Part shown: positions 8,322-17,110 of the stretch, one piece after another
How the letters are laid out: each line of letters begins with the position of its first letter
How positions within the stretch are numbered: the first letter of the stretch is position 1
Assembly: GCA_044235135.1 (NCBI GenBank)
Contig: JBIIIE010000001.1
Location: 1-60,731, forward strand
Reading direction: 5' to 3'
DNA: 60,731 nt
From: Roseomonas sp.
GTDB lineage: Bacteria; Pseudomonadota; Alphaproteobacteria; Acetobacterales; Acetobacteraceae
Position numbers and translations under genes: made by a program
The notes under the pieces: generated by a model
Database searches by the model: none
Told to the model about the DNA's origin: nothing
Seen by the model: only the letters and a program-made list of their open reading frames with translations

Positions 8322-9253
8322 CAGAGCTGGATTTCCTGAGGCTCGATCTGCCGGCCTTGCTGGCGGCGATTCTCGCTTGCGGGATATGCGGGCTGCTTGG
8401 GTCTTTTCTGGTGCTCAGGCGCGATAGTTTGCTGGGGGATGCGCTATCCCATGCCGTATTGCCCGGCATTATCGCGGGCTTTGCGATCACCGGCGCGCGG
8501 GCGGGTTTGCCCATGCTGCTCGGCGCGCTGGCGGCGGCCTTATTGGCGGTGGTGGCGATCAGCCTGGTGCGGCGCGTGGCGCGGCTGGAATCGGGTGCGG
8601 CGACCGGCGCGGTTTTCACCAGCTTTTTCGCGCTTGGCCTGATGCTGATTGAAGCGACCGGCGCGCGCAGCGTTGATCTTGATTTGGATTGCGTGCTGTT
8701 CGGGCAATTGGAAAGCCTGGTCTGGCTGGAAGCGCAGGGCTTTGCATCTTTGCTTGATCCGGCGGCGCTGGCTTCACTGCCGCGTCAGATATTTTTATTG
8801 GCGGCGGTCGCGGTGGTGCTGGCGGGGCTTGTTGCATTGTTGTGGCGGCCTTTGCATTTGCTCTGTTTTGACCCCGATTACGCTGCCGCGATCGGCTTGC
8901 CGGCGCGCGGGCTGGAATTGGTGCTGAATTTGATGGTGGCGGCTGCGGCGGTCGCGGCGTTTGAAGCGGTGGGCAGCATTCTTGTCGTGGCGATGCTGGT
9001 CTGCCCGGCAGCGGCGATACGCTTGCTCACGGATTCCTACCGCGCGCAGGTTTTGGGCGGTGCGGCTTTGGGTATGGTGCTTGGCGCCTTGGGCTATGCC
9101 TTGGCTGGGCCTGTGCCGGCGGCACTTGGGCAGGATGTTGCGCTGAATGCGGCGGGCGTCATCGGCACGCTGGGCGGGCTTGCGGTGGCCGGCGCCATGC
9201 TGCTTCGCCAGTGGCGCAGCGCCGCGCCAAGATCAGCGGCTATCTCAGGATAA
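8318..9253 (+). CDS. troD: Metal ABC permease (TroD-like)
   Basis: SLLGDALSHAVLPG, VDLDLDCVLFG, AFEAVGSILVVAML. Confidence 0.92.
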   Translation: MTELDFLRLDLPALLAAILACGICGLLGSFLVLRRDSLLGDALSHAVLPGIIAGFAITGARAGLPMLLGALAAALLAVVAISLVRRVARLESGAATGAVFTSFFALGLMLIEATGARSVDLDLDCVLFGQLESLVWLEAQGFASLLDPAALASLPRQIFLLAAVAVVLAGLVALLWRPLHLLCFDPDYAAAIGLPARGLELVLNLMVAAAAVAAFEAVGSILVVAMLVCPAAAIRLLTDSYRAQVLGGAALGMVLGALGYALAGPVPAALGQDVALNAAGVIGTLGGLAVAGAMLLRQWRSAAPRSAAISG

Positions 9254-10355
9254 TTTCCACGCGCCGGTTTTGCGGTTCGCGCACGCCATCGGCGGTCGCG
9301 ACCAGGGGCTGCGTTTCACCCAAGGCCGTGATGCTGATATCCTGCCGCGCGATACCGCGCTTGATCAGTTCTTCCGCCACGGTTTCGGCGCGGCGGCGCG
9401 ACAAGGCCAGATTATATTGCGGCGTGCCGGTGCGATCCGCATGGCCAGCCAGTTCAATCCGCGTGGGTTGGGCGCGCGCCGCTTCGGCGGCTTCGCCGAT
9501 GATCTGGCGGGCGCGCGCGGTCAGGTCCGCGCGGTTCCAATCGAAAAACACCAGAAAGCTCCGCGCCGCGACGGGTGCCGCGACCGCGGCAGAGGCAGCG
9601 GCGGGCGCATTGAAGGCATAGCGCAGCCCAAGCAGGAAGGATTGGTTGCGGCTTTCCGTATCCGCCTTGCCAGAGAGCACCGTCGCACCCGCAGCATTCA
9701 CATAGCTGATCGGGATGCTCGGCCCCAGGCTTTCCAGATAGCGATACTCGGCGGTCAGTGTCAGGCCCGGCACCTGGTCAATCGTGAGGCCGATGCCCAC
9801 AATGCCCTGCATCGCGAAGGCGCCGCCCGTATCATCACCGCGCAGCCTGAGGCTGCCATTGCCAGGCCGACCGTTCAGATCATTGAAGCTGGTGACAAGA
9901 TAGCCGGCACCGATGCCGACATAGGGCAGGAAGGGGCCGATCCGCACCAGATCCACCAGCGCATTGCCCATCAGCCCGTAGCTATCCTGCCGCCCGCCAT
10001 GCCCGCCGGGGCCGGCGAGGCCCGCCGCGCCATTGGCGCTATCAACTTCATTGCTGCGGTAGCTGCCTTCGATTTCAAGCCGGATGCCATTGCTGAAGCC
10101 CCAGCCCAGGCTGAGCAGCCCGACGCCGCCATAGTCAAAGCCAAGCTGACCGCCATTGGGCTGGCCGAGCGCCGTCATGCCCTGGTTCAGGCTGCTATCC
10201 AGTCGGAATTTGGCATCATCCAAGTAATTCATGCCAATTGCGCCGGCGATGTAAGGCCCTTCGAAAAATTGCGCGCGCGCTGGCACCGCCGCGATAAGCC
10301 CGAAGGTCAGGGCGGCGGCTGGCAGGGTAGCGAGCGGAGTTGGGCGGAGCGTCAT
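9240..10355 (-). CDS. OmpA-family outer membrane protein
   Basis: Signal peptide, beta-barrel ending LGLRYAF, Ala/Pro linker, OmpA C-domain (VFFDWNRA, GHADRTG, NLALSRRRA, NRRVEI). Confidence 0.93.
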   Translation of the reverse strand: MTLRPTPLATLPAAALTFGLIAAVPARAQFFEGPYIAGAIGMNYLDDAKFRLDSSLNQGMTALGQPNGGQLGFDYGGVGLLSLGWGFSNGIRLEIEGSYRSNEVDSANGAAGLAGPGGHGGRQDSYGLMGNALVDLVRIGPFLPYVGIGAGYLVTSFNDLNGRPGNGSLRLRGDDTGGAFAMQGIVGIGLTIDQVPGLTLTAEYRYLESLGPSIPISYVNAAGATVLSGKADTESRNQSFLLGLRYAFNAPAAASAAVAAPVAARSFLVFFDWNRADLTARARQIIGEAAEAARAQPTRIELAGHADRTGTPQYNLALSRRRAETVAEELIKRGIARQDISITALGETQPLVATADGVREPQNRRVEIILR

Positions 10356-10410
10356 GCGGTGCAACCTAGCGGCAGTTTCTTAACAAAAGAAGACCATAGC
10401 GCCGCGACAC

Positions 10411-11553
10411 TCATGATTTTTGCACCGCGATAGCCGCCAGCGGGCCAAGCGCTGTTGCATCATCCATGGCTGCCAGCGCCCCCAAAGGCAAAAGCCGATT
10501 CGCATGGCCCATCTTCCGCCCCGGCCGGGCTTCCGCCTTGCCATAGAGATGCGGGGCGATGCCTGCCTGCCCTTGCAGCCCCGGCCAGGCGGCCATGCCT
10601 TCGGGGCCGATCAGGTTGCGCATCGCGGCATCATGGTGCCGATCCGGCACGCCCAAAGGCAGCCCAACCACGGCGCGGATATGTTGTTCGAACTGGGATG
10701 CTATGCAGGCATCCATGGTCCAATGCCCGGAATTATGCGGGCGCGGGGCGATTTCATTGCCGATCAGCCGGCCATCGGGCAGCAGGAACATCTCCAAAGC
10801 CACCAGCCCCACCAGATCAAGCCCGCGCGCCACGGCGGCCACATGTTCCCGCGCGGCGGCGGCGATCCCTGGCGCCACGCGCGCCGGGGCGTAGCTGATA
10901 TCCAGAATATGATGGCGATGGGCGTTTTCCGTCGCGTCAAACACCGCGAGCGTGCCATCCGCGCCACGCGCAGCGATGGCGGAGAGTTCCAAGGTGAAGG
11001 GCACAAAACCTTCCAGAATCAGCGGGCGCGGTGCCAGCCTGGCCCAGGCTGCGGCGAGGTCTTCGGGGTGACGCAACACGGCCTGGCCGCGCCCATCATA
11101 GCCAAGGCGCGTGGTTTTCAGCACCGAAGGCAGCCCTATTTCGGCGACCGCGGCCTGCAATTCGGCTTCGGTGCGCACCGCGCGCCAGGGGGCGACCGGC
11201 ACGCCGATCCCTTCCAGAAACGCCTTTTCCTGCAAGCGGTCCTGGCAGATGGACAGCGCCTTCAGCCCAGGCCGGCAAGCGACGCGGCGGGAGAGGATTT
11301 CCACCGTCTCCGCAGGGACATTTTCAAATTCGAAGGTGACGACATCCACCTGATCGGCGAAGCGGGCCAGGGCTTCGGCGTCTTCATAGGCAGCGACCGT
11401 GCGCGCGGCGGCCACCTGCATGCCGGGTTCATCCGCGCCGAGTGCATAGATATGGCAGCGATAACCAAGCCGCGCCGCCGCCATGGCCGACATGCGCCCA
11501 AGCTGCCCGCCGCCCAGAATGCCCAGCATGGCGCCGGGCGGCAGGGGGGTCAT
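10411..11553 (-). CDS. purK: N5-carboxyaminoimidazole ribonucleotide synthase
   Basis: [44 protein letters not shown]. Confidence 0.97.
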   Translation of the reverse strand: MTPLPPGAMLGILGGGQLGRMSAMAAARLGYRCHIYALGADEPGMQVAAARTVAAYEDAEALARFADQVDVVTFEFENVPAETVEILSRRVACRPGLKALSICQDRLQEKAFLEGIGVPVAPWRAVRTEAELQAAVAEIGLPSVLKTTRLGYDGRGQAVLRHPEDLAAAWARLAPRPLILEGFVPFTLELSAIAARGADGTLAVFDATENAHRHHILDISYAPARVAPGIAAAAREHVAAVARGLDLVGLVALEMFLLPDGRLIGNEIAPRPHNSGHWTMDACIASQFEQHIRAVVGLPLGVPDRHHDAAMRNLIGPEGMAAWPGLQGQAGIAPHLYGKAEARPGRKMGHANRLLPLGALAAMDDATALGPLAAIAVQKS

Positions 11554-12035
11554 ACCGGGTTCTCCGGCACACTCTCCGTCTGCGCCGCGCGCCAGGCGAT
11601 CAGGCGTGTGGCGAGCGCGCCATCTTCCAAGGCAAGGATCGAGGCCGCGAGCAAAGCCGCATTCACCGCCCCCGCCCGCCCGATGGCGAGTGTGCCCACC
11701 GGCACCCCGGCTGGCATTTGCACAATGGACAGCAGGCTATCCACCCCGGCGAGAGCAGCGCTTTGCACCGGCACGCCCAGCACCGGCAGATGCGTCATGG
11801 AAGCGGCCATGCCGGGCAGATGCGCCGCCCCGCCAGCCCCGGCAACAATGACGCGAAGCCCCCGCCCCGCCGCCTGCTTGGCGTAATCAAACAGGCGATC
11901 TGGCGTGCGATGGGCGGAAACCACGCGGGTTTCATGGGGAATGCCCAGTTTTTCCAGGGTTTCTGCGGTGTGGCGCAGCGTTTCCCAATCCGAACGGCTG
12001 CCCATGATCACGCCCACAAGCGGTAATTCGGCCAT
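11550..12035 (-). CDS. purE: N5-CAIR mutase
   Basis: [36 protein letters not shown]. Confidence 0.98.
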   Translation of the reverse strand: MAELPLVGVIMGSRSDWETLRHTAETLEKLGIPHETRVVSAHRTPDRLFDYAKQAAGRGLRVIVAGAGGAAHLPGMAASMTHLPVLGVPVQSAALAGVDSLLSIVQMPAGVPVGTLAIGRAGAVNAALLAASILALEDGALATRLIAWRAAQTESVPENPV

Positions 12036-12046
12036 CTCTGCCCCTT

Positions 12047-12247
12047 TCAGGCGATGATATCGGGCAAAAGCTGGCTATCGAGCCAGGCGATTTCGTCCTT
12101 CAGCTTCAGCTTGCGCTTTTTCAGCCGCTGCAACTGCAATTGATCCACCGGCCCGGCATCAAGCCGCGCGATCACGGTATCCAAATCCCGATGCTCGGTA
12201 CGGAGTTCATGCAGGCGGCGGAGCAGGGCTTCTCGGTCAGCGATCAT
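12047..12247 (-). CDS. DUF465/YdcH-family small coiled-coil protein
   Basis: EHRDLD...[15 protein letters not shown]...PDIIA; typical position upstream of purE. Confidence 0.88.
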   Translation of the reverse strand: MIADREALLRRLHELRTEHRDLDTVIARLDAGPVDQLQLQRLKKRKLKLKDEIAWLDSQLLPDIIA

Positions 12248-12364
12248 CGCGGGGCCAGGTCGAAATCTCTTGATGCTTTTTAAGGGCGAGTTGGACTAGC
12301 ATGACTTGTCCGCCCGGGACAGGGCCAACCGCCCGGGCGGCATCACAGCAAAGGATGCCTTGGT

Positions 12365-12541
12365 ATGCGCTTGGATGCCCGGATCGCTTCCCTCAATACC
12401 CGTCACGCCGCGCTTGAGGCGCAGATTTTCGCGGAAGACCAGCGACCGAAGCCCGATACCGAAACCCTGGCCCGGCTGAAGCGCGAAAAACTGCGCCTGA
12501 AGGAAGAGATGGAAAGGCTGCGTTCAGCAAAGCCGCATTAG
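12365..12541 (+). CDS. DUF465/YdcH-family protein (second paralog), 58 aa
   Basis: Manual translation MRLDARIASLNTRHAALEAQIFAEDQRPKPDTETLARLKREKLRLKEEMERLRSAKPH; AAAGGA upstream. Missing from the ORF track. Confidence 0.85.
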   Translation: MRLDARIASLNTRHAALEAQIFAEDQRPKPDTETLARLKREKLRLKEEMERLRSAKPH

Positions 12542-12605
12542 GCCATTGCCTGGTCGCATTTTCCGAGCCGCCAAGTATTTCCACTTGGCTTGAAAATGCG
12601 CCGCT

Positions 12606-13157
12606 TTACGCCGCCGCGCCTTCTTCATTCTGCGCTTCAAGTGCCGCGAGTGTCCCCACCGCGGCATTAAGCTCACCCTGTGTGCAAAGGCCCAGAATCA
12701 CCGGATCGCGCGGCTTGATATTCGCGCTGTTCCAATGGGTCTTGTCGCGCACCTTGGCGATGGTTTCCTTGGTGGTGCCAAGCAGCTTCACAATCGTGGC
12801 TTCCGGCACCTGCGGGAAATTGCGGAGCAGCCAGGCAATCGCATCCGGGCGGTCGCTGCGCTTGGAAACGGGCGTATAGCGCCCGCCCTTCGCCTTGGAT
12901 TTCGGCAAATGGCTGACCTGCCGGACCATGTTGAGCCGCGCTTCGCTATCCGCTTCACAGCGTTGGATTTCTTCGCGCGTCAATTGACCATTGGTGATCG
13001 GGTCATAGCCGATGATCCCCTGCGCCACTTCGCCATCGGCGATGGCCTGGATTTCAAGCGGATGCATGCCGACAAATTCGGCGATCTGGTCAAAAGTAAG
13101 CGCGGTCTTGTCAATCAGCCACACGGCGGTGGCCTTGGGCATCAAGGGCTGGTTCAT
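12606..13157 (-). CDS. trcR: DUF1013 protein (TrcR-like transcription regulator)
   Basis: PLMPKATAVWL, LTFDQIA, HPLEIQAIADG, RYTPVSKR, HWNSANIKPRDPV. Confidence 0.9.
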   Translation of the reverse strand: MNQPLMPKATAVWLIDKTALTFDQIAEFVGMHPLEIQAIADGEVAQGIIGYDPITNGQLTREEIQRCEADSEARLNMVRQVSHLPKSKAKGGRYTPVSKRSDRPDAIAWLLRNFPQVPEATIVKLLGTTKETIAKVRDKTHWNSANIKPRDPVILGLCTQGELNAAVGTLAALEAQNEEGAAA

Positions 13158-13210
13158 GGCATAACCTCAAGGGGCGGGCGGGCGAGAGAAACCCCCGCCT
13201 TGTTGCGGTT

Positions 13211-13239
13211 CCTATAGAGAGAGGCGCGGCCAGGGTCAA
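13211..13239 (-). promoter_or_regulatory. Putative sigma70 promoter of trcR
   Basis: Minus strand TTGACC-N17-TATAGG. Confidence 0.5.
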
Positions 13240-13264
13240 AACCCGACCGCGGAAGGAGGAGGAA

Positions 13265-13459
13265 ATGGCCCCGATCGAGGAAGAAGAAAGGCCCCGGCGC
13301 GCGCCGCGCTTCCAGCCCATGGTGTTTGACGGCTGGGATGTGGCGCAACTCCGGGAGTATATCGAGGCTTTGCAGGCCGAAATCAGCCGAGCCGAGGCAG
13401 CGATAGGGGCGCGTGACGCCCAGCGTGCGGCGGCGGAGGCGTTTTTTCGGAAAGGTTGA
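13265..13459 (+). CDS. DUF1192-family small protein
   Basis: Strong RBS GGAGGAGG; WDVAQLREYIEALQAEISRAE...RAAAEAFF. Confidence 0.82.
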   Translation: MAPIEEEERPRRAPRFQPMVFDGWDVAQLREYIEALQAEISRAEAAIGARDAQRAAAEAFFRKG

Positions 13460-13460
13460 A

Positions 13461-13485
13461 CCCCCGCCCATTTGCAGGGCGGGGG
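13461..13485. terminator. GC hairpin between convergent DUF1192 and ibpA genes
   Basis: CCCCCGCCC-ATTTGCA-GGGCGGGGG; no strong U tract. Confidence 0.55.
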
Positions 13486-13495
13486 CTGGTCAACC

Positions 13496-13960
13496 TCATG
13501 CCGCCTGGGGCGCGGCTTCCGGCAGCGCGGCCGGGCGCGTGCTTTGCACCGGGATTTGCCGCGGCTTCAGCGCTTCCGGCACTTCATGGCGCAGCGCGAT
13601 ATGCAGCAAGCCATTCTCCAACTTCGCGCCGCTGACCACAATGTGATCGGCCAGCACGAAGCGGCGTTCAAAGCCTCGGCCGGCAATGCCGCGATGCAGG
13701 AAACGGCGGGTTTCGTCCGGCGCCGCCTGGGCGCGGCCCACCACCGTCAGCGTGTTCTGATGCGCGGTGATGTCCAGGTCGGTTTCGGCAAAGCCGGCCA
13801 CCGCCATGGTCAGCACATAGCTGTCATCGCTGGTCTTTTCGATGTTGTAGGGCGGGTAACCCCCGGCATCGGCGCCGCTGCGGGCCGTATCCATCAGCCG
13901 CGCCAGGCGATCAAAGCCAATGGCGGTGCGGAACAGGGGGGAGAAATCAATAGCGTTCAT
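13496..13960 (-). CDS. ibpA: Small heat-shock protein (class A, IbpA-like)
   Basis: DFSPLFRTAIGFDR, YPPYNIEK, MAVAGF, LHRGIA, ENGLLHI, PEALKPRQI. Start set at 13960 (AAGGAG RBS). Confidence 0.95.
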   Translation of the reverse strand: MNAIDFSPLFRTAIGFDRLARLMDTARSGADAGGYPPYNIEKTSDDSYVLTMAVAGFAETDLDITAHQNTLTVVGRAQAAPDETRRFLHRGIAGRGFERRFVLADHIVVSGAKLENGLLHIALRHEVPEALKPRQIPVQSTRPAALPEAAPQAA

Positions 13961-14080
13961 AGCAGGGACACTCCTTCGCAAAGCAAGGTCCGTTGAGGCC
14001 AGCGAACTGATCCTGAATTGCCCCCATCTGGGCGGCAGAGGATTAATCCGCACCCGGGGCCCGAATGGCGCCCCTGGTGA
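13958..14080 (-). promoter_or_regulatory. ROSE RNA thermometer in the ibpA 5' UTR
   Basis: 3' hairpin GGAC-CUUGCUU-UGCG-AAGGAG-U-GUCC: the U(U/C)GCU motif with a bulged G pairs with the SD. Further GC hairpins lie upstream. Confidence 0.85.
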
Positions 14081-14085
14081 AACTG

Positions 14086-14114
14086 AAATGGAAATAGCCC
14101 GCCACCCAATCAAG
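14086..14114 (-). promoter_or_regulatory. Putative sigma32 (RpoH) promoter of ibpA
   Basis: CTTGATT-N14-TTCCATTT directly upstream of the ROSE element. Confidence 0.6.
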
Positions 14115-14181
14115 GGCCGCAGGCTAAAAATCTCGGCTTTTGAAGAAGGGCCAGACCTTACGGCCCGGCGCCCATCAGCCC

Positions 14182-14406
14182 TTACTTGCGCGCGCCAATG
14201 CCGGCGAAGCGCTTGTTGAACTTCGCGATCTGCCCGCCGGTATCAATGATGCGCTGCTGGCCGGTCCAGGCCGGGTGCGACTTCGGGTCAATGTCCAGGC
14301 GAATGGTATCGCCCGGCTTGCCGTAGCAGGAACGGGTCTTGAACTCGGTCCCATCGGTCATGATGATGTTGATCTCATGATAGGCGGGATGGATATCGGA
14401 CTTCAT
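14182..14406 (-). CDS. rpmE: 50S ribosomal protein L31
   Basis: [10 protein letters not shown]...[13 protein letters not shown]...KFNKRF. Confidence 0.97.
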   Translation of the reverse strand: MKSDIHPAYHEINIIMTDGTEFKTRSCYGKPGDTIRLDIDPKSHPAWTGQQRIIDTGGQIAKFNKRFAGIGARK

Positions 14407-14559
14407 GGCGCATGCTCACAAAAATGGGCCGCCGATGCCGACCGGCCGCCAGGGAGCGGGGGCTATAGGCGATCAGCCCCATGAAGGCAAGGCAGCGATT
14501 GACCAAGGCCCCGCCAAGGGCCAGAGGTTTCGCCCGCCCCTGAACAAGGTCCGCTGCGC

Positions 14560-15414
14560 GTGAGTCTCAATATCCTCTCCATCCAATCCTGGGTCGCCTA
14601 TGGCCATGTCGGCAATGCCAGCGCCATCTTTCCCCTCCAGCGCCTGGGGGCAGAGGTCTGGGGGGTGCATACGGTGCAATTCTCCAACCATACCGGCTAT
14701 GGCGCCTGGCGCGGCCAGGTCTTTGGCGCTGATCTGATCCGCGAATGCGTCACCGGGATTGAAGAACGGGGCGTGCTGCCAAACTGCGATGCGGTGCTGT
14801 CGGGCTATTTGGGCTCGGCCGAGATTGGTGCGGCGGTGCGCGATGCGGCGCTTGCGGTAAAGGCGGCCAATCCCCGGGCGCTCTGGTGCTGCGATCCGGT
14901 AATTGGCGATACCGGGCGGGGTGTTTTTGTGCGCCCTGGCATTCCGGAATTCCTGCGCGACCAGGCGCTGCCGGCGGCCGATATCGCGACCCCCAATCAA
15001 TTCGAATTGGAATGGCTGACCGGGCGGGCCGTCACGTCGCTCACTGATGCCAAGGCCGCGATTGCGGCGCTGCAGGCGAAGGGGCCACGCTGCGTGCTGC
15101 TGACCTCGCTCCGCACCGATGCGACCGGGGAGAATGAGATTGAATTGCTGGCAGCCGAAGGCGGCGGCTTCTGGCGGTTGCGCACACCGATGCTGCCCTT
15201 GTCAGTCAATGGCGCGGGCGATGCGATTGCGGCGCTTTTCCTGTTTCATCGCCTGCAAAGCGGTGCAACGGCGCCAGCGCTGGAAGCCGCCGCTTCCAGT
15301 ATTTTCGGCCTGCTGAGCCAAACGCTGGCCGCCGGCGCGCGGGAATTGCAGGTGGTGGCGGCGCAGGCGGAAATCACCGCGCCGACACGGCGCTTCAGGG
15401 CGGAAGCTTGTTAG
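14560..15414 (+). CDS. pdxY: Pyridoxal kinase
   Basis: SIQSWVAYGHVGN, TVQFSNHTGY, CDPVIGD, TPNQFEL, GAGD. Confidence 0.95.
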   Translation: MSLNILSIQSWVAYGHVGNASAIFPLQRLGAEVWGVHTVQFSNHTGYGAWRGQVFGADLIRECVTGIEERGVLPNCDAVLSGYLGSAEIGAAVRDAALAVKAANPRALWCCDPVIGDTGRGVFVRPGIPEFLRDQALPAADIATPNQFELEWLTGRAVTSLTDAKAAIAALQAKGPRCVLLTSLRTDATGENEIELLAAEGGGFWRLRTPMLPLSVNGAGDAIAALFLFHRLQSGATAPALEAAASSIFGLLSQTLAAGARELQVVAAQAEITAPTRRFRAEAC

Positions 15415-15854
15415 TGCATGAAGCTCCGCGTCACATAGGCCTTTAGCGCTTCCACGTCATGCTCCTGCTTGGCGAAGCGGAACTTCACCAAATCGCGGAT
15501 GCTGACAATGCCAAGCAGTGTCCCGTCCTTGTCGCAGACCGGCAAATGGCGGAAATAGCCCTGGTCCATGATCTCAAGCGCCGCTTCCACGGGCGTATCG
15601 GCGCCAACCATGATGACCTCACGGGTCATGATTTCCTCAGCGGCGAGGCATCGGGCGCCGTTGCGCCGATCGGCGACGGATTTCACGATGTCGCGTTCGC
15701 TCAAAATCCCGGCGACCTGACCTGACGCGGTCACGATCAGCACGGCACCGATGCGGCGCGCCGCCATGATGCGGGCGATTTCCACCACCGGTGTTTCGGG
15801 GGTTACCGAAATGGCGGCATTACCTTTCTGCCGCAAAACTGCTGCTATGGTCAT
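15411..15854 (-). CDS. CBS-domain pair protein
   Basis: IGAVLI, GILSERDIV, IMTREV, FRHLPV, GIVSIRDLVK. Confidence 0.92.
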   Translation of the reverse strand: MTIAAVLRQKGNAAISVTPETPVVEIARIMAARRIGAVLIVTASGQVAGILSERDIVKSVADRRNGARCLAAEEIMTREVIMVGADTPVEAALEIMDQGYFRHLPVCDKDGTLLGIVSIRDLVKFRFAKQEHDVEALKAYVTRSFMH

Positions 15855-16085
15855 GGCCGGAGGCCTCCTGTTCCGAAGCTCTGCCAGCCCACCTCATCCT
15901 TCGGGCGCCTTTTGAGCGCTTTGCGCCGGAATCGCAAGCATTGAATCGCGGGGGGAAAAGGAGTCCGCGCCCTATCGGCCCTTTCGGGCGGTCATCGGTG
16001 CTTGCCTTGCCCCGCAGCCGCATGCCAGCCTTCATTCTGGCTTGACGGAAACCGGCTTGCCGGTATCGCACAGGGAGAGATCATC

Positions 16086-17075
16086 ATGACGCTTCTGACC
16101 TCACGCCGGCTGCTGCTCGGCGCTGGGCTTGCCACCCCCTTCATCCGCACCGCTTCGGCGCAAACGACCATTGAATGGGTGGCGGGGTCCGTCGGTGGTG
16201 GCTGGTACACCATGGCGGCGGGGCTTTCTTCGCTGATCCGGGAAGAAAACCCTGATCTGCAAATCCGCGTCGTGCCGGGTGGTGGCCTCGCCAATTCCAC
16301 GCGCATCAACAACAACCAATCCCAGATCGGCTGGGGGATTGATGCTTTCTCGGCCTCTGCCGTGCAGGGGATCGAGCCCTATAGTGCCAAGCACGACAAG
16401 CTGCGCTGCCTTGGCACCGGCTATTCGCCGACGGAACACCATTTCCTGCGCCACAAGGGTGCGGGGCCTGAGGATATGCGCGCCATCCTGACCCAGCGCG
16501 GCCTGAAAATCGCGGCCCCGCAGCGCAGCAGCACGGATGAAATGACGCTGCAGCGCATTTTGCGCTTCCTGGGCACCAGCCCGGACAAGATCAGGGCGGA
16601 AGGTGGGCGTTACTTGAACGGTTCCTACGCCGATATCGCTGCCGCCTATAATGATGGCCAGGTGGATTATCTTTACGCGGCCCTCGCGCGCCCGGCAGCG
16701 ATTTTCACGGAAATCGCCCAAGGCCGGCGCGGCGGGCATATGGTCGCCTTCCCGCAGGATGTGCGTGACCATCTGCAAAAGGAATATGCCTATGCGCAGG
16801 GCATCCTGCCGGGTGCCACCTATCCCACGCTCATGACCGGTGATGTGCCGGTGACGCTGATGGATAGCGTGATCCTGGTGCATGAAAGCGTACCGGATGA
16901 TGTGACTTACAAGATCACCCGCACGCTGATCCGCAATCGCGGCCAGCGCTTGATCACCATTCATGCCAGCATGGGCGCCTGGAACCCGACCGCATCCGTC
17001 GCTTATCGCGGTGTGCCCTTGGCGGGTGGCGCGGTGCGCGCCTTCCGCGAAGCCGGCGCCAATCCGCCTGCATGA
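16086..17075 (+). CDS. TAXI-family TRAP solute-binding protein
   Basis: Twin-Arg-like signal, AGSVGGGWY, VPDDVTYKITR, PLAGGAVRAFREAG; adjacent to a fused TRAP permease. Confidence 0.85.
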   Translation: MTLLTSRRLLLGAGLATPFIRTASAQTTIEWVAGSVGGGWYTMAAGLSSLIREENPDLQIRVVPGGGLANSTRINNNQSQIGWGIDAFSASAVQGIEPYSAKHDKLRCLGTGYSPTEHHFLRHKGAGPEDMRAILTQRGLKIAAPQRSSTDEMTLQRILRFLGTSPDKIRAEGGRYLNGSYADIAAAYNDGQVDYLYAALARPAAIFTEIAQGRRGGHMVAFPQDVRDHLQKEYAYAQGILPGATYPTLMTGDVPVTLMDSVILVHESVPDDVTYKITRTLIRNRGQRLITIHASMGAWNPTASVAYRGVPLAGGAVRAFREAGANPPA

Positions 17076-17110
17076 TGAAGCTGCCGCGCTGGCTATAGGG
17101 TAGGCACGCC

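Noticed and set aside
14182-14406. L31 without zinc-ribbon cysteines, as a zinc-starvation paralog
   Set aside because: Cys-less L31 is the usual alphaproteobacterial form, and no Zur box is seen.
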